From contig JAHITY010000114.1 of the NCBI GenBank assembly GCA_018817165.1, forward strand, positions 81,721 through 145,720: a DNA stretch of 64,000 bases, read 5' to 3'. The translations under genes were made by a program, and so were the position numbers. The notes under the pieces were generated by a model. The model did not search any database, was not told where the DNA came from, and saw nothing but the letters and a program-made list of their open reading frames with translations. Position 1 is the stretch's first letter; every line of letters starts with the position of its first letter. Origin of the DNA: Candidatus Omnitrophota bacterium. GTDB taxonomy: Bacteria; Omnitrophota; Gorgyraeia; B26-G9. Of this stretch, positions 48,880 through 57,213 are shown piece by piece.

Positions 48880-49587
48880 GTGCAAGTAATTTATGATCAA
48901 GCTGATCCTTGGGAATTGTATTTGAAAACCCTTAATCAATGTATTGAACAATATTCCTGCAAAAGTTTGTGTGAAATCGGCGGGGGAGCTTTTCCCGCGA
49001 TTTCTTTAGAGCAAATAAACCGGCAGAAGCTTGATTATACAATTCTCGATATATCGCAGGTCGAGTTAGATCGGGCGCCTCAAGGATACCGGAAACTTTT
49101 AGCGGATATTTGTCAGCCGGATTTAAATATCACTGAGCAGTATGATTTTATTTTTTCTAAAATGCTGGCTGAACATGTTAAGGACCCAGAACTGTTTCAT
49201 TCCAATGTCTATAAATTGCTTAAGCCCGGAGGGATTGCTTTTCATTTTTTTCCGACCTTGCATTCTTTGCCATTTATGATTAATTGGTTATTGCCGGAAT
49301 TTATCGCTAATTTTTTATTTAAACTTTTTGTCTGCAATGATCCAATTGAGCATAAAAGATTTTCTGCGCATTATAAATGGTGTAAAGGTCCGACCAAAAA
49401 GCAGATCAGTAATTTCGAAGGCTTAAATTATGAAATATTGGTTTATCAGGGATTTTTCGGTCACAAATATTATCAGCGGATTCATTTGCTAAGAGATATC
49501 CATAAACTTGTAGTCAAGCTCTTAGCGAGATTTCCTAATCCTTATCTGACCAGCTTTGCTTTTGTGATTCTAAGAAAAAAATCCTAA
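48880..49587 (+). CDS. Putative class I SAM-dependent methyltransferase
   Basis: Motif I-like CEIGGGAF, post-III LLKPGG; weak. Confidence 0.5.
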   Translation: MQVIYDQADPWELYLKTLNQCIEQYSCKSLCEIGGGAFPAISLEQINRQKLDYTILDISQVELDRAPQGYRKLLADICQPDLNITEQYDFIFSKMLAEHVKDPELFHSNVYKLLKPGGIAFHFFPTLHSLPFMINWLLPEFIANFLFKLFVCNDPIEHKRFSAHYKWCKGPTKKQISNFEGLNYEILVYQGFFGHKYYQRIHLLRDIHKLVVKLLARFPNPYLTSFAFVILRKKS

Positions 49588-49604
49588 GTGCAGCGGATAG
49601 GTTA

Positions 49605-49734
49605 CAACGTAGGGGCCGCGCTTGCCTCGGCCCGTGACAATATAAATTTATCTAACCTCATTCATGGTATTTTGATCATCAACAATTACAATAATGATAT
49701 TAATATTCGGGAGGACGCAAGGCCCTCCCCTACG
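49605..49734 (-). repeat. Long-form element, inverted orientation relative to 23720 copy (internal ~35-bp deletion)
   Basis: Reverse complement aligns with 23720-23881 across both termini and about 75 bp of core with few mismatches. Confidence 0.7.
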
Positions 49735-49794
49735 ATTTCTGATATTATCTTTTTCTGGTTATTGTTGTTGTCATTTTATTATTGTTTTATATCG

Positions 49795-49818
49795 GACAGG
49801 TCGTGACCTGTCCCTACA
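49795..49818 (+). repeat. Solo right-end half element (hairpin GGACAGGtcgtgaCCTGTCC + CTAC)
   Basis: Hairpin followed by CCCTAC-type terminus about 60 nt downstream of the full element. Confidence 0.4.
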
Positions 49819-50055
49819 GGATTTTGTTTTTTCATTTTTGCTCGTCTTGTCCTAATATAGTTGACACTTTTTAACATAAATAATTTACTTAACCGCCCGC
49901 TTCGCTCGATAAACACTGATTAACACTGTTTAAAACAACTATTTACTCCTTTAAGTACGCTCAATACTTTTTATCTGCGTCCATCTGCGTTCATCTGCGG
50001 TTAATTTATTTTTCTGTCAACCTATTTCAGGATATCACACTCTATCTCCTATTCG

Positions 50056-51441
50056 CTAATCGCTATTTACAATTCGAAGCACTGCGGCGGCAACATTTCT
50101 GGCGATTACTTCATAGCCGGAAGCGGTGCAGTGCCGGTCAAATTCCGAGACAAAAAATTCCCGGGGGGAGTGTTCTTGGAGTAGATCATAAAAAGTTAGG
50201 CTATTGTCGACTAAAGGAATATTATATTTTTCTGCCACGGTTTTCATGTCTTCCAATAAGATCGAGGGATAGCTGGAAAAAATTAAATCGATCTTTTCTT
50301 GTTCGCAGAGTTTTGCGGCTTTTTCATAATTAAGGTATCGGAGTTCCGAAATATTGATTATTCTTTCGCTGATTTTTTTTGAAAAGTTTTTCCAAAATGA
50401 TTGGGGTTTATTCTTTGGATTATAAGCCGCTTTGCTCTGGACATAATAACTTTCTAATAAGTCAAGCTCGGACTTACTCAGACTATTAATATCCAGAGTT
50501 TTTGTTTGGCTGTTGGCGATTTTTTTTGCTAGATTACTGGAAAAAAACGGTTCGCCGAGAATAGAATAAACATAGCATAATCTTTGGATTAAATACATAT
50601 TGTCGGGAAAGCGATTTTTTAGTCTTAAGAGTAAAGAAAATTCTTCCGGGATGTTTTTGTGTTTTATGAATAAGTCAGTTAATTCCCTGTGAATGATTTT
50701 ACTTTCTGGGTTTTGAACAAACGCTTTTTCAAGAGTTAGTCCGGCGGCTTGGTAATCTTTGGTTAATTTTTGACAGCGCCCCAATTCAAGCAGAGCAATA
50801 GGATCCTGCGGATTAATCATCAGCGCTTGTTCATAATACGCCTGAGCTTGATTGTACTTTTTTGCGTCTCTTAACTGATTGGCAGTTTTAATGATTGAAG
50901 GGATATCCGAGCCAGGGGCGATCGGAGTCTTTAAATTATAAGCAATAAGGTCAATCAGTTTGAAAAATTTAAGATTTAGGCTAAAGGGGTTTAATTCCTG
51001 GATTGATTTAGAAAATCTGAACTTGCAATATCTGGGCAAGGACCAGGTATCATTTATTCCGCTCAAGATAATAACAATGTCCGGCTGAAATTCTTTGACT
51101 GCTTTGTCTAATTTAATTAATGTTTGACTTAAGGTTTCTCCGGGTATGCCTAGATTTTTCACCAGAAAAATTTTGTTTTGCCTGCTTTGATTCAATATCT
51201 TTTCCATTTGCGCTGGGTAGCTGTTTTCCCTACTCGCGCCCAGGCCATAAGTAAACGAATCACCCAAGCAGATGATTTTACAGACATTTTCCGTGTTTTC
51301 GCTGTTTGCTGCTTGATTTCTTTGGTTGGGAGAAGAAGCAATCGGATTAAATAGATTAAGACATATTTCCACAAAAACAATAGCCAGCGCTATGCCAAAC
51401 AGGATTAAACCTAAAATAGATTTTTGAACTTTTTTTTTCAT
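50056..51441 (-). CDS. Secreted SGNH/GDSL-type hydrolase-like protein with large internal TPR-repeat insertion
   Basis: Signal/anchor helix; block I ICLGDSFTYG, block II NLGIPGET, block III ILSGINDT; about 250 aa TPR-like segment; C-terminal FDRHCTASGYEV resembling the catalytic His block. Confidence 0.6.
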   Translation of the reverse strand: MKKKVQKSILGLILFGIALAIVFVEICLNLFNPIASSPNQRNQAANSENTENVCKIICLGDSFTYGLGASRENSYPAQMEKILNQSRQNKIFLVKNLGIPGETLSQTLIKLDKAVKEFQPDIVIILSGINDTWSLPRYCKFRFSKSIQELNPFSLNLKFFKLIDLIAYNLKTPIAPGSDIPSIIKTANQLRDAKKYNQAQAYYEQALMINPQDPIALLELGRCQKLTKDYQAAGLTLEKAFVQNPESKIIHRELTDLFIKHKNIPEEFSLLLRLKNRFPDNMYLIQRLCYVYSILGEPFFSSNLAKKIANSQTKTLDINSLSKSELDLLESYYVQSKAAYNPKNKPQSFWKNFSKKISERIINISELRYLNYEKAAKLCEQEKIDLIFSSYPSILLEDMKTVAEKYNIPLVDNSLTFYDLLQEHSPREFFVSEFDRHCTASGYEVIARNVAAAVLRIVNSD

Positions 51442-51641
51442 AATTTTTTCATAAAACAGCTTTAGATTATTAAGCTAAGTGATGGATAATAGAAGATTTA
51501 TGCTTAATTATTCAGGAATGGTAAATCAACTAAAGCATTAAAAATTCTCAAGCATAGCCAATTTTCAGTTTTTATTTGATTTAAACCAATAGCTGATATG
51601 CTTTGATTATATTTTCCCTACTGGTTTTAGTCAATAATAAT

Positions 51642-51670
51642 TTGCTTTTTTAAGCTTTCTATATTATAAT
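51642..51670 (+). promoter_or_regulatory. Promoter-like TTGCTT-N17-TATAAT for the PAP2-like gene (divergent region)
   Basis: Counted in sequence, 9 nt before the ATG at 51680 (leaderless or short leader). Confidence 0.35.
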
Positions 51671-51679
51671 TATCTAACT

Positions 51680-52144
51680 ATGCAGCTAAAAGACACGAAT
51701 TTTTTTGAAGAGGTTATCAGTAATAGAATTATCTGGGCTTCGTTTTGCTCTTGGGGAATAGCTCAAAGCATTAAAATCATTACCGGCGTGATCAAGGAAA
51801 AGCGGTTTGATTTCCGATGGTTGATGAGTACAGGAGGGATGCCTAGCGCCCATTCCGCGGGAGTCAGCTCTTTGGCCACTGCCGTAGGGATGTATTCTGG
51901 TTTTGATACAGTTGTTTTTGCGATTACCGCGATTATTGCTTTGATCATCATGTTTGATGCGCAAGGATTGCGTCGGATGACTGGCCGTCAAGCTGTAGCC
52001 TTGAATAAACTTATGGAAGACATTTATTATAAACATGAAGTAAAGCCTGAGCGATTAATGGAATTGATTGGACATACACCTGTGGAGGTATTTGTCGGGG
52101 CATTACTGGGGATTATGGTTGCTATTTTTGTAGTGACTTTGTAA
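51680..52144 (+). CDS. Divergent PAP2 family membrane protein (PF02681-like)
   Basis: GGMPSAHSAGVSSLATAVG signature, 154 aa, 3-4 TM. Confidence 0.65.
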   Translation: MQLKDTNFFEEVISNRIIWASFCSWGIAQSIKIITGVIKEKRFDFRWLMSTGGMPSAHSAGVSSLATAVGMYSGFDTVVFAITAIIALIIMFDAQGLRRMTGRQAVALNKLMEDIYYKHEVKPERLMELIGHTPVEVFVGALLGIMVAIFVVTL

Positions 52145-52154
52145 GGGGGTTGGA

Positions 52155-53108
52155 ATGAGAAGAAACTTTATTATCGGAATACTTATTGTTTTGGCAATAT
52201 TTTTTATAATGAAAATGGGACATTCTAAGAAACAAGCAGGATCAGGAGCAGAAGTAGAAGTAGAAGCAAAAGCAGAAGCAAAAGTTAGTTCGCCTTTGCC
52301 AGAATCAGAAATTGCTTTAAATATGGCTTTAGAAATAAAAACCAATAATCCAGAACAGGCGGTAGAGGCATTGGATAAAGTTATTGCTGATTTCCCGCAA
52401 ACTATAGAAGCGGAAAAAGCAATTATAACTATTGCTGATATTTATAATAAAGGCCAGGATACTGATATGGAAAAGCAGGCTTTAAATCGCTTGATCGAAC
52501 AGTATCCGAATAGTGAATTAAAGGAAAAAGCTTTAGACAGAGTAGCAACGATTAATTTGGACAGCTTTTTTTCCCGCGCGCCGACTGCGAATAGTATTAT
52601 TTATGAAGTGCAGCCAGGGGATTCATTGTATAAAATAGCTAAACAATATCATACTAATGTGGAATTAATTCAGAAAACGAATAATTTGAATAGTTCCTTG
52701 ATTAAGCCAGGGATGAAATTAAAAGTCATAACTTCAGTTTTTTCCTTGTTTGTGAGCAAGACAGATTGTTTGATGACTTTAAAGGCTGATGGCGAACTGG
52801 TTAAAGTTTACAAAATCGGGATCGGCCGGGATAATTCTACTCCGGTTGGCCAATTTAAAATTGTAAATCGGATTATTAGTCCGGTTTGGTATAAAACCGG
52901 AGCAATTGTTCCGGCAGGCAGCGCGGAAAATATTTTGGGAACTCGTTGGCTGGGATTATCCGAGCCAGGCTATGGGATTCATGGAACAGTCGATAATCAG
53001 CCGATTCAGCAACAGAAGACTCAGGGTTGCGTGCGGATGATGAATGATCAAGTCGAAGAATTATTTGTAATTGTTCCAGTAGGAACAGAGATTGTTATTG
53101 TTGATTAA
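52155..53108 (+). CDS. LysM + YkuD-domain L,D-transpeptidase with N-terminal TPR-like region
   Basis: LysM YEVQPGDSLYKIAKQYHTNVELI; YkuD catalytic HGT...GCVRM. Confidence 0.8.
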   Translation: MRRNFIIGILIVLAIFFIMKMGHSKKQAGSGAEVEVEAKAEAKVSSPLPESEIALNMALEIKTNNPEQAVEALDKVIADFPQTIEAEKAIITIADIYNKGQDTDMEKQALNRLIEQYPNSELKEKALDRVATINLDSFFSRAPTANSIIYEVQPGDSLYKIAKQYHTNVELIQKTNNLNSSLIKPGMKLKVITSVFSLFVSKTDCLMTLKADGELVKVYKIGIGRDNSTPVGQFKIVNRIISPVWYKTGAIVPAGSAENILGTRWLGLSEPGYGIHGTVDNQPIQQQKTQGCVRMMNDQVEELFVIVPVGTEIVIVD

Positions 53109-53285
53109 TTGAAAAGCAATTTAACCTTATTTAGCTTTATAAGTTAAGATGATTCCCGAATCAGCAGCTAGCCGCTGCTTCTCGGGCAAAATTCCCCGCC
53201 ATAGAACAGCGGGACAAGCGCGCTGGTTGACTTGACGTCGCTAAAAGCGCTTCGTAAGTCAAGCGTTTATTTAAGGAAAATAAAT

Positions 53286-54242
53286 ATGAGCGGAACCGGA
53301 TTAGAATTTGAAAAACCAATAGTAGAGCTTGAACAGAAAATCCTGGAATTGCGGAATTTTTCCGATAATCGAAAAATTGATCTTTCCGATGAGATTGTAA
53401 AGTTTGAGGAAAAACTGAAAAAACTAAAGGAAGATATCTATGGCAATCTCAGCGCTTGGCAAAAAGTGCAGATTGCCCGGCATCCGAAACGTCCTTATAC
53501 TAAAGATTATATTAATTTGATTATGACTGATTTTATTGAATTGCACGGAGATCAGTTGTTTGGCGATGATCAGGCGATACTTTGTGGTTTGGCGAAAATC
53601 GACGGTCAGAAAGTCATGGTGATCGGACATCAAAAAGGCCGGGATACAAAAGAAAATCTTAAACGCAGTTTTGGCTGCGCTCATCCGGAAGGATATCGCA
53701 AGGCTTTGCGTTTGATGCGTTTGGCTGAGAGATTCAATGTGCCGATTATAACTTTTATTGATACGCCGGGAGCTTATCCGGGAATAGACGCTGAAGAGCG
53801 AGGACAAGCCAATGCGATCGCGGTTAATATTCGTGAGATGTCGCAATTTAAAGTGCCGATAATTATTGTGATCATTGGCGAAGGCGGGTCTGGCGGGGCA
53901 TTAGGGATTGGCGTTGGCGATCGGGTTTGCATGTTTGAAAATTCATATTATTCGGTAATTTCTCCAGAAGGCTGTGCCGCGATTCTTTGGCGTAATCGGG
54001 CTAATGCTCCGGAAGCAGCAGCAGCGCTGAAAATTACCGCGGATGATTTGACTAAATTGAAAATTGTTGATGAGGTTATTCCCGAGCCATTGGGTGGGGC
54101 GCATCGTGCTCCGAGTATTGCCGCGGCAGCCTTAAAAACATCGCTTAAGAAAAATCTCAAAGAATTGTTAAAACTGCCGATTGAACAGCTGGTGGAAAAA
54201 CGTTATGAAAAATTCAGAAATATGGGAACGTGGAACGAATAA
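53286..54242 (+). CDS. accA: Acetyl-CoA carboxylase carboxyltransferase alpha subunit
   Basis: MSGTGLEFEKPIVELE...; AccA blocks (ARHPKRPYT, FIDTPGAYPG, GEGGSGGALG); start at 53286 with SD AAGGA. Confidence 0.9.
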   Translation: MSGTGLEFEKPIVELEQKILELRNFSDNRKIDLSDEIVKFEEKLKKLKEDIYGNLSAWQKVQIARHPKRPYTKDYINLIMTDFIELHGDQLFGDDQAILCGLAKIDGQKVMVIGHQKGRDTKENLKRSFGCAHPEGYRKALRLMRLAERFNVPIITFIDTPGAYPGIDAEERGQANAIAVNIREMSQFKVPIIIVIIGEGGSGGALGIGVGDRVCMFENSYYSVISPEGCAAILWRNRANAPEAAAALKITADDLTKLKIVDEVIPEPLGGAHRAPSIAAAALKTSLKKNLKELLKLPIEQLVEKRYEKFRNMGTWNE

Positions 54243-54265
54243 ATTTTAATTAACCGGAGGTTGAA

Positions 54266-54868
54266 ATGAAAAAATCAGTAGCTTGGCATTTAACGCAAAA
54301 AGAGTTTATCTCTGATCAAGTATTTATAAAATCTATAGGGATCATTACTTTTTTATTATTAATTACTTTAGGAGCATTTGTTTATATTCCTTTGCCGTTT
54401 ACTCCGATTCCGATGACTTTGCAGACATTTTTTGTATTGTTATCCGCTGCTTTTTTAGCTAAAAAAGACGGAGCTTTTGTTCAGAGTTTATACGCGGGAC
54501 TTGGGGCGATGGGATTGCCGATTTTCAGCGCGGCTCAGGGCGGCTTATTGAAATTATTCGGACCAACCGGAGGCTATATAGTTGGTTTTATTGCCGCTGT
54601 ATTTGCTTTAAAGCAGATGCTTAATTATTTCAGCAAAAAAAGTTTGAAACTGACTTTTCCGCAGGTTGTAATATCGATGACAACTGCGATGTTAGTGATT
54701 TATGTTTGCGGTGGCTTATGGCTTGCGATTTCTTTAAAGTTTACATTCAGCCAGATTATTATGCTGGGAATTGTTCCGTTTATTCCCGGGGAAGTAATTA
54801 AAGTATTATTGGCTTCTACGATTTATTACAAATCAAATGAAAGATTGAAAAATATTTTTCAAAATTAA
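54266..54868 (+). CDS. bioY: BioY-family biotin transporter (ECF S-component)
   Basis: TPIPMTLQTFFVLL...GPTGGYIVGF BioY signature; adjacent to accA. Confidence 0.8.
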   Translation: MKKSVAWHLTQKEFISDQVFIKSIGIITFLLLITLGAFVYIPLPFTPIPMTLQTFFVLLSAAFLAKKDGAFVQSLYAGLGAMGLPIFSAAQGGLLKLFGPTGGYIVGFIAAVFALKQMLNYFSKKSLKLTFPQVVISMTTAMLVIYVCGGLWLAISLKFTFSQIIMLGIVPFIPGEVIKVLLASTIYYKSNERLKNIFQN

Positions 54869-54886
54869 AATATAGCTGAATTAAAA

Positions 54887-54917
54887 AAGCGGATCTTAAC
54901 CGATCCGCTTTTTTTTG
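54887..54917 (+). terminator. Rho-independent terminator after bioY
   Basis: AAGCGGATC-ttaacc-GATCCGCTTTTTTTTT. Confidence 0.65.
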
Positions 54918-55103
54918 TTTCTAAAATTATTGTTATTTAGCTATGTTGACTAAACAGCTTATTTCTCTGGCGGTCCGGAATCAATTATTTTGGCTCATTC
55001 TCGTCCCGCATCGTGCGGGACTCCGAGGATGAATCTCTGATTTTGCCAGTCCTATCAAAATCAGGCTTCAAACCCGCTAAAATAATTATTTCTGCCCTCT
55101 ATA

Positions 55104-55245
55104 GTAGGGGCGCTGCTTGCCTGCGCCCGCTTATTAATAATTTCACCTATTTAATTAATTGTATATTATTCCGGGCCGGGGCAAGCGCGGCCCCTACGTT
55201 GCAACCTGTGTCCTTGTGACGTGTGACCTTGTGACCTGGTGTCCT
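55104..55245 (+). repeat. Short-form GTAGGGG...CCCCTAC element + long tail of CTTGTGAC-like octamers (about 5 units)
   Basis: ...CCCCTAC gttgcaac ctgtgtc cttgtgac gtgtgac cttgtgac ctggtgtcc; tail ends at the TAG stop (minus strand) of ORF 55244..55429. Confidence 0.75.
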
Positions 55246-55429
55246 AAAATAAGGTATAAATAAACGGTACTGCTGCCGGATTGCTCGCGGTGAAAATAAT
55301 CAGACCCCCAATTAAAATCAGAACAATGAAAAACGGGGTGAGCCACCAGATCTTATTTTCCCAAAGAAATTGCAGCAATTCATTGATTATTTTAAAGCGC
55401 TGTTTTAAAATATTAAATATTTTTTTCAT
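55244..55429 (-). CDS. Small membrane protein (61 aa) translationally coupled downstream of the carbamoyltransferase gene (possible SxtK/DUF5989-like companion)
   Basis: ATGA overlap with upstream gene; one TM helix WWLTPFFIVLILIGGLIIF. Confidence 0.4.
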   Translation of the reverse strand: MKKIFNILKQRFKIINELLQFLWENKIWWLTPFFIVLILIGGLIIFTASNPAAVPFIYTLF

Positions 55430-57213
55430 GATTTTTTTTCATCCTTATATATAATATAATCGCCTAAAACCAAAAGGTCAATACCGCTGCGGATAAAAGT
55501 ATTATACGCGTTTTCCGGAGTATTGACAACCGGTTCGCCTTTTAAATTAAACGATGTGTTTAAGAGCACTGGTATTCCAGTTTTTTGGGCAAAAGCACTT
55601 ACTAAATCATAATATAAAGGATTTGTTTCGCGGTTGATAGTTTGGACTCTACCGGTTCCTTGATGATTAACCGCGGGAATAACTTTTCTCTTCTCAGGCT
55701 TAATTGCTAAAACCAAAAGCATAAAACGCAAAGGGTATTGATTGGGATTTTTTATCTCAAAATAATTTTCTAATTCGCTTTCCAGAATTACCGGAGCAAA
55801 AGGGCGAAAAGGCTCGCGGAATTTAATTTTCGCGTTAACGATCTCCTTCATTTTCTCATTGCGCGGATCAGCAATAATCGAGCGATTGCCCAAAGCACGG
55901 GGGCCCCATTCAAATCTGCCTTGAAACCAGCTGATGATCTTGCCATCAGCAATGGCTTGAGCGCAGGTATCAATCAATTGCTCTTTAGCCGTAAATTTTT
56001 TTGCGGAAATATTATTTTCATTTAGGAAATCAGCTATTTCCTGATTTGAATATTCCTGTCCTAAATAAGCATTATCCATAACATATTCTCTTTTTTGATC
56101 AAGAACTGTATGATATACATATAAAGCCGCGCCAATTGCCGCTCCTGAGTCTCCGGGAGCCGGTTGAATATATATCTGTTCAAATGGCCCATCTTGCAAA
56201 ATACGGCCATTTGCCGTTGAATTTAAGGCTACTCCGCCGGCAATGCATAGCTGTTTAAGGCCGGTTTGTTGAGCGAGAAATTCAATTTGTTTTAAAATGA
56301 TCTGTTCAATTACTTGCTGAATACTTGCGGCAATATCGGCAAAGTATTGATTCTTAATGCAAAGCTCGGCATAATCAAGGGGTTTTTCGCCAAAATAAGC
56401 GGGGTATTCAAACTGATCAGTGAAAAAATCACTGTTTACCGCGCGGCTTGGGCCAAATAAAGTTTCCAGTTTTTTGCTAAAGCTTTTTTTAGAAGAATGC
56501 TGAAAACTGAAATAATCCAGGTTTAAAGCAAATGATCCGTCATCAGCAATCTGCAGTACCTTTTCTTTGATTTTATCCGCGAAGCAAGGTTGGCCATAAG
56601 CAGCCATGCCCATGACTTTATACTCGCCTTCATTGACTTCAAATCCCAGATAAGCCGTAAACGCGCTGTATAAAAGCCCTAAAGAGTGAGGGAAGTTAAT
56701 TTGTTTGAATAGTTTGATATCATTTTCTTGGCCAATGCCTAATGTTCCGGTGGCCCATTCGCCAACACCGTCAATGGTCAGAATTGCCGCTTGTTTAAAT
56801 GGACTAAGCAGAAAAGCACTGGCAGCATGCGCAAGGTGATGCTCGGTAAATAGAATCTTATCCGGGGAAATATTAAATTTTCCTTGGATCGTGCTTTTGA
56901 TCCAGAGTTTTTTAGTCAGCCATTTTTTCATTACCTGTCCAAATACCGCGCAAGACAAAGGATAGCTACTGACAATTGTTTTCATGATCCGATCTAATTT
57001 ACGAAATGGTTTTTCATAAAAAACCACATAATCAATATCCTGGCTTGATATCCCGGCATGGGCCAAACAAAATTCAATTGCTAAATTAGGAAAATTCGAA
57101 TCATGCTTTTTCCGGCTAAAGCGTTCTTCTTCAGCCGCCGCGATGATTTTTCCGTTTTTAAGCAAAGCCGCGGCAGAATCATGATAATAGCAGGAGATAC
57201 CTAAGATATACAT
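55426..57213 (-). CDS. NodU/CmcH-family carbamoyltransferase
   Basis: N-terminus MYILGISCYYHDSAAALLKNGKIIAAAEEERFSRKKHD; HypF/YrdC-like C-terminal domain; 595 aa. Confidence 0.85.
   Translation of the reverse strand: MYILGISCYYHDSAAALLKNGKIIAAAEEERFSRKKHDSNFPNLAIEFCLAHAGISSQDIDYVVFYEKPFRKLDRIMKTIVSSYPLSCAVFGQVMKKWLTKKLWIKSTIQGKFNISPDKILFTEHHLAHAASAFLLSPFKQAAILTIDGVGEWATGTLGIGQENDIKLFKQINFPHSLGLLYSAFTAYLGFEVNEGEYKVMGMAAYGQPCFADKIKEKVLQIADDGSFALNLDYFSFQHSSKKSFSKKLETLFGPSRAVNSDFFTDQFEYPAYFGEKPLDYAELCIKNQYFADIAASIQQVIEQIILKQIEFLAQQTGLKQLCIAGGVALNSTANGRILQDGPFEQIYIQPAPGDSGAAIGAALYVYHTVLDQKREYVMDNAYLGQEYSNQEIADFLNENNISAKKFTAKEQLIDTCAQAIADGKIISWFQGRFEWGPRALGNRSIIADPRNEKMKEIVNAKIKFREPFRPFAPVILESELENYFEIKNPNQYPLRFMLLVLAIKPEKRKVIPAVNHQGTGRVQTINRETNPLYYDLVSAFAQKTGIPVLLNTSFNLKGEPVVNTPENAYNTFIRSGIDLLVLGDYIIYKDEKKS

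Noticed and set aside
44184-49818. Repeat elements as bona fide integron attC sites (sedentary chromosomal integron)
   Set aside because: No intI integrase or attI in the window. Left ends lack an RYYYAAC inverse core, and the right flank GTTGTGT/GTTGCAA does not fit GTTRRRY consistently. Cassette orientation is mixed (carbamoyltransferase unit on the opposite strand). Kept only as an analogy in the findings, not as a call.
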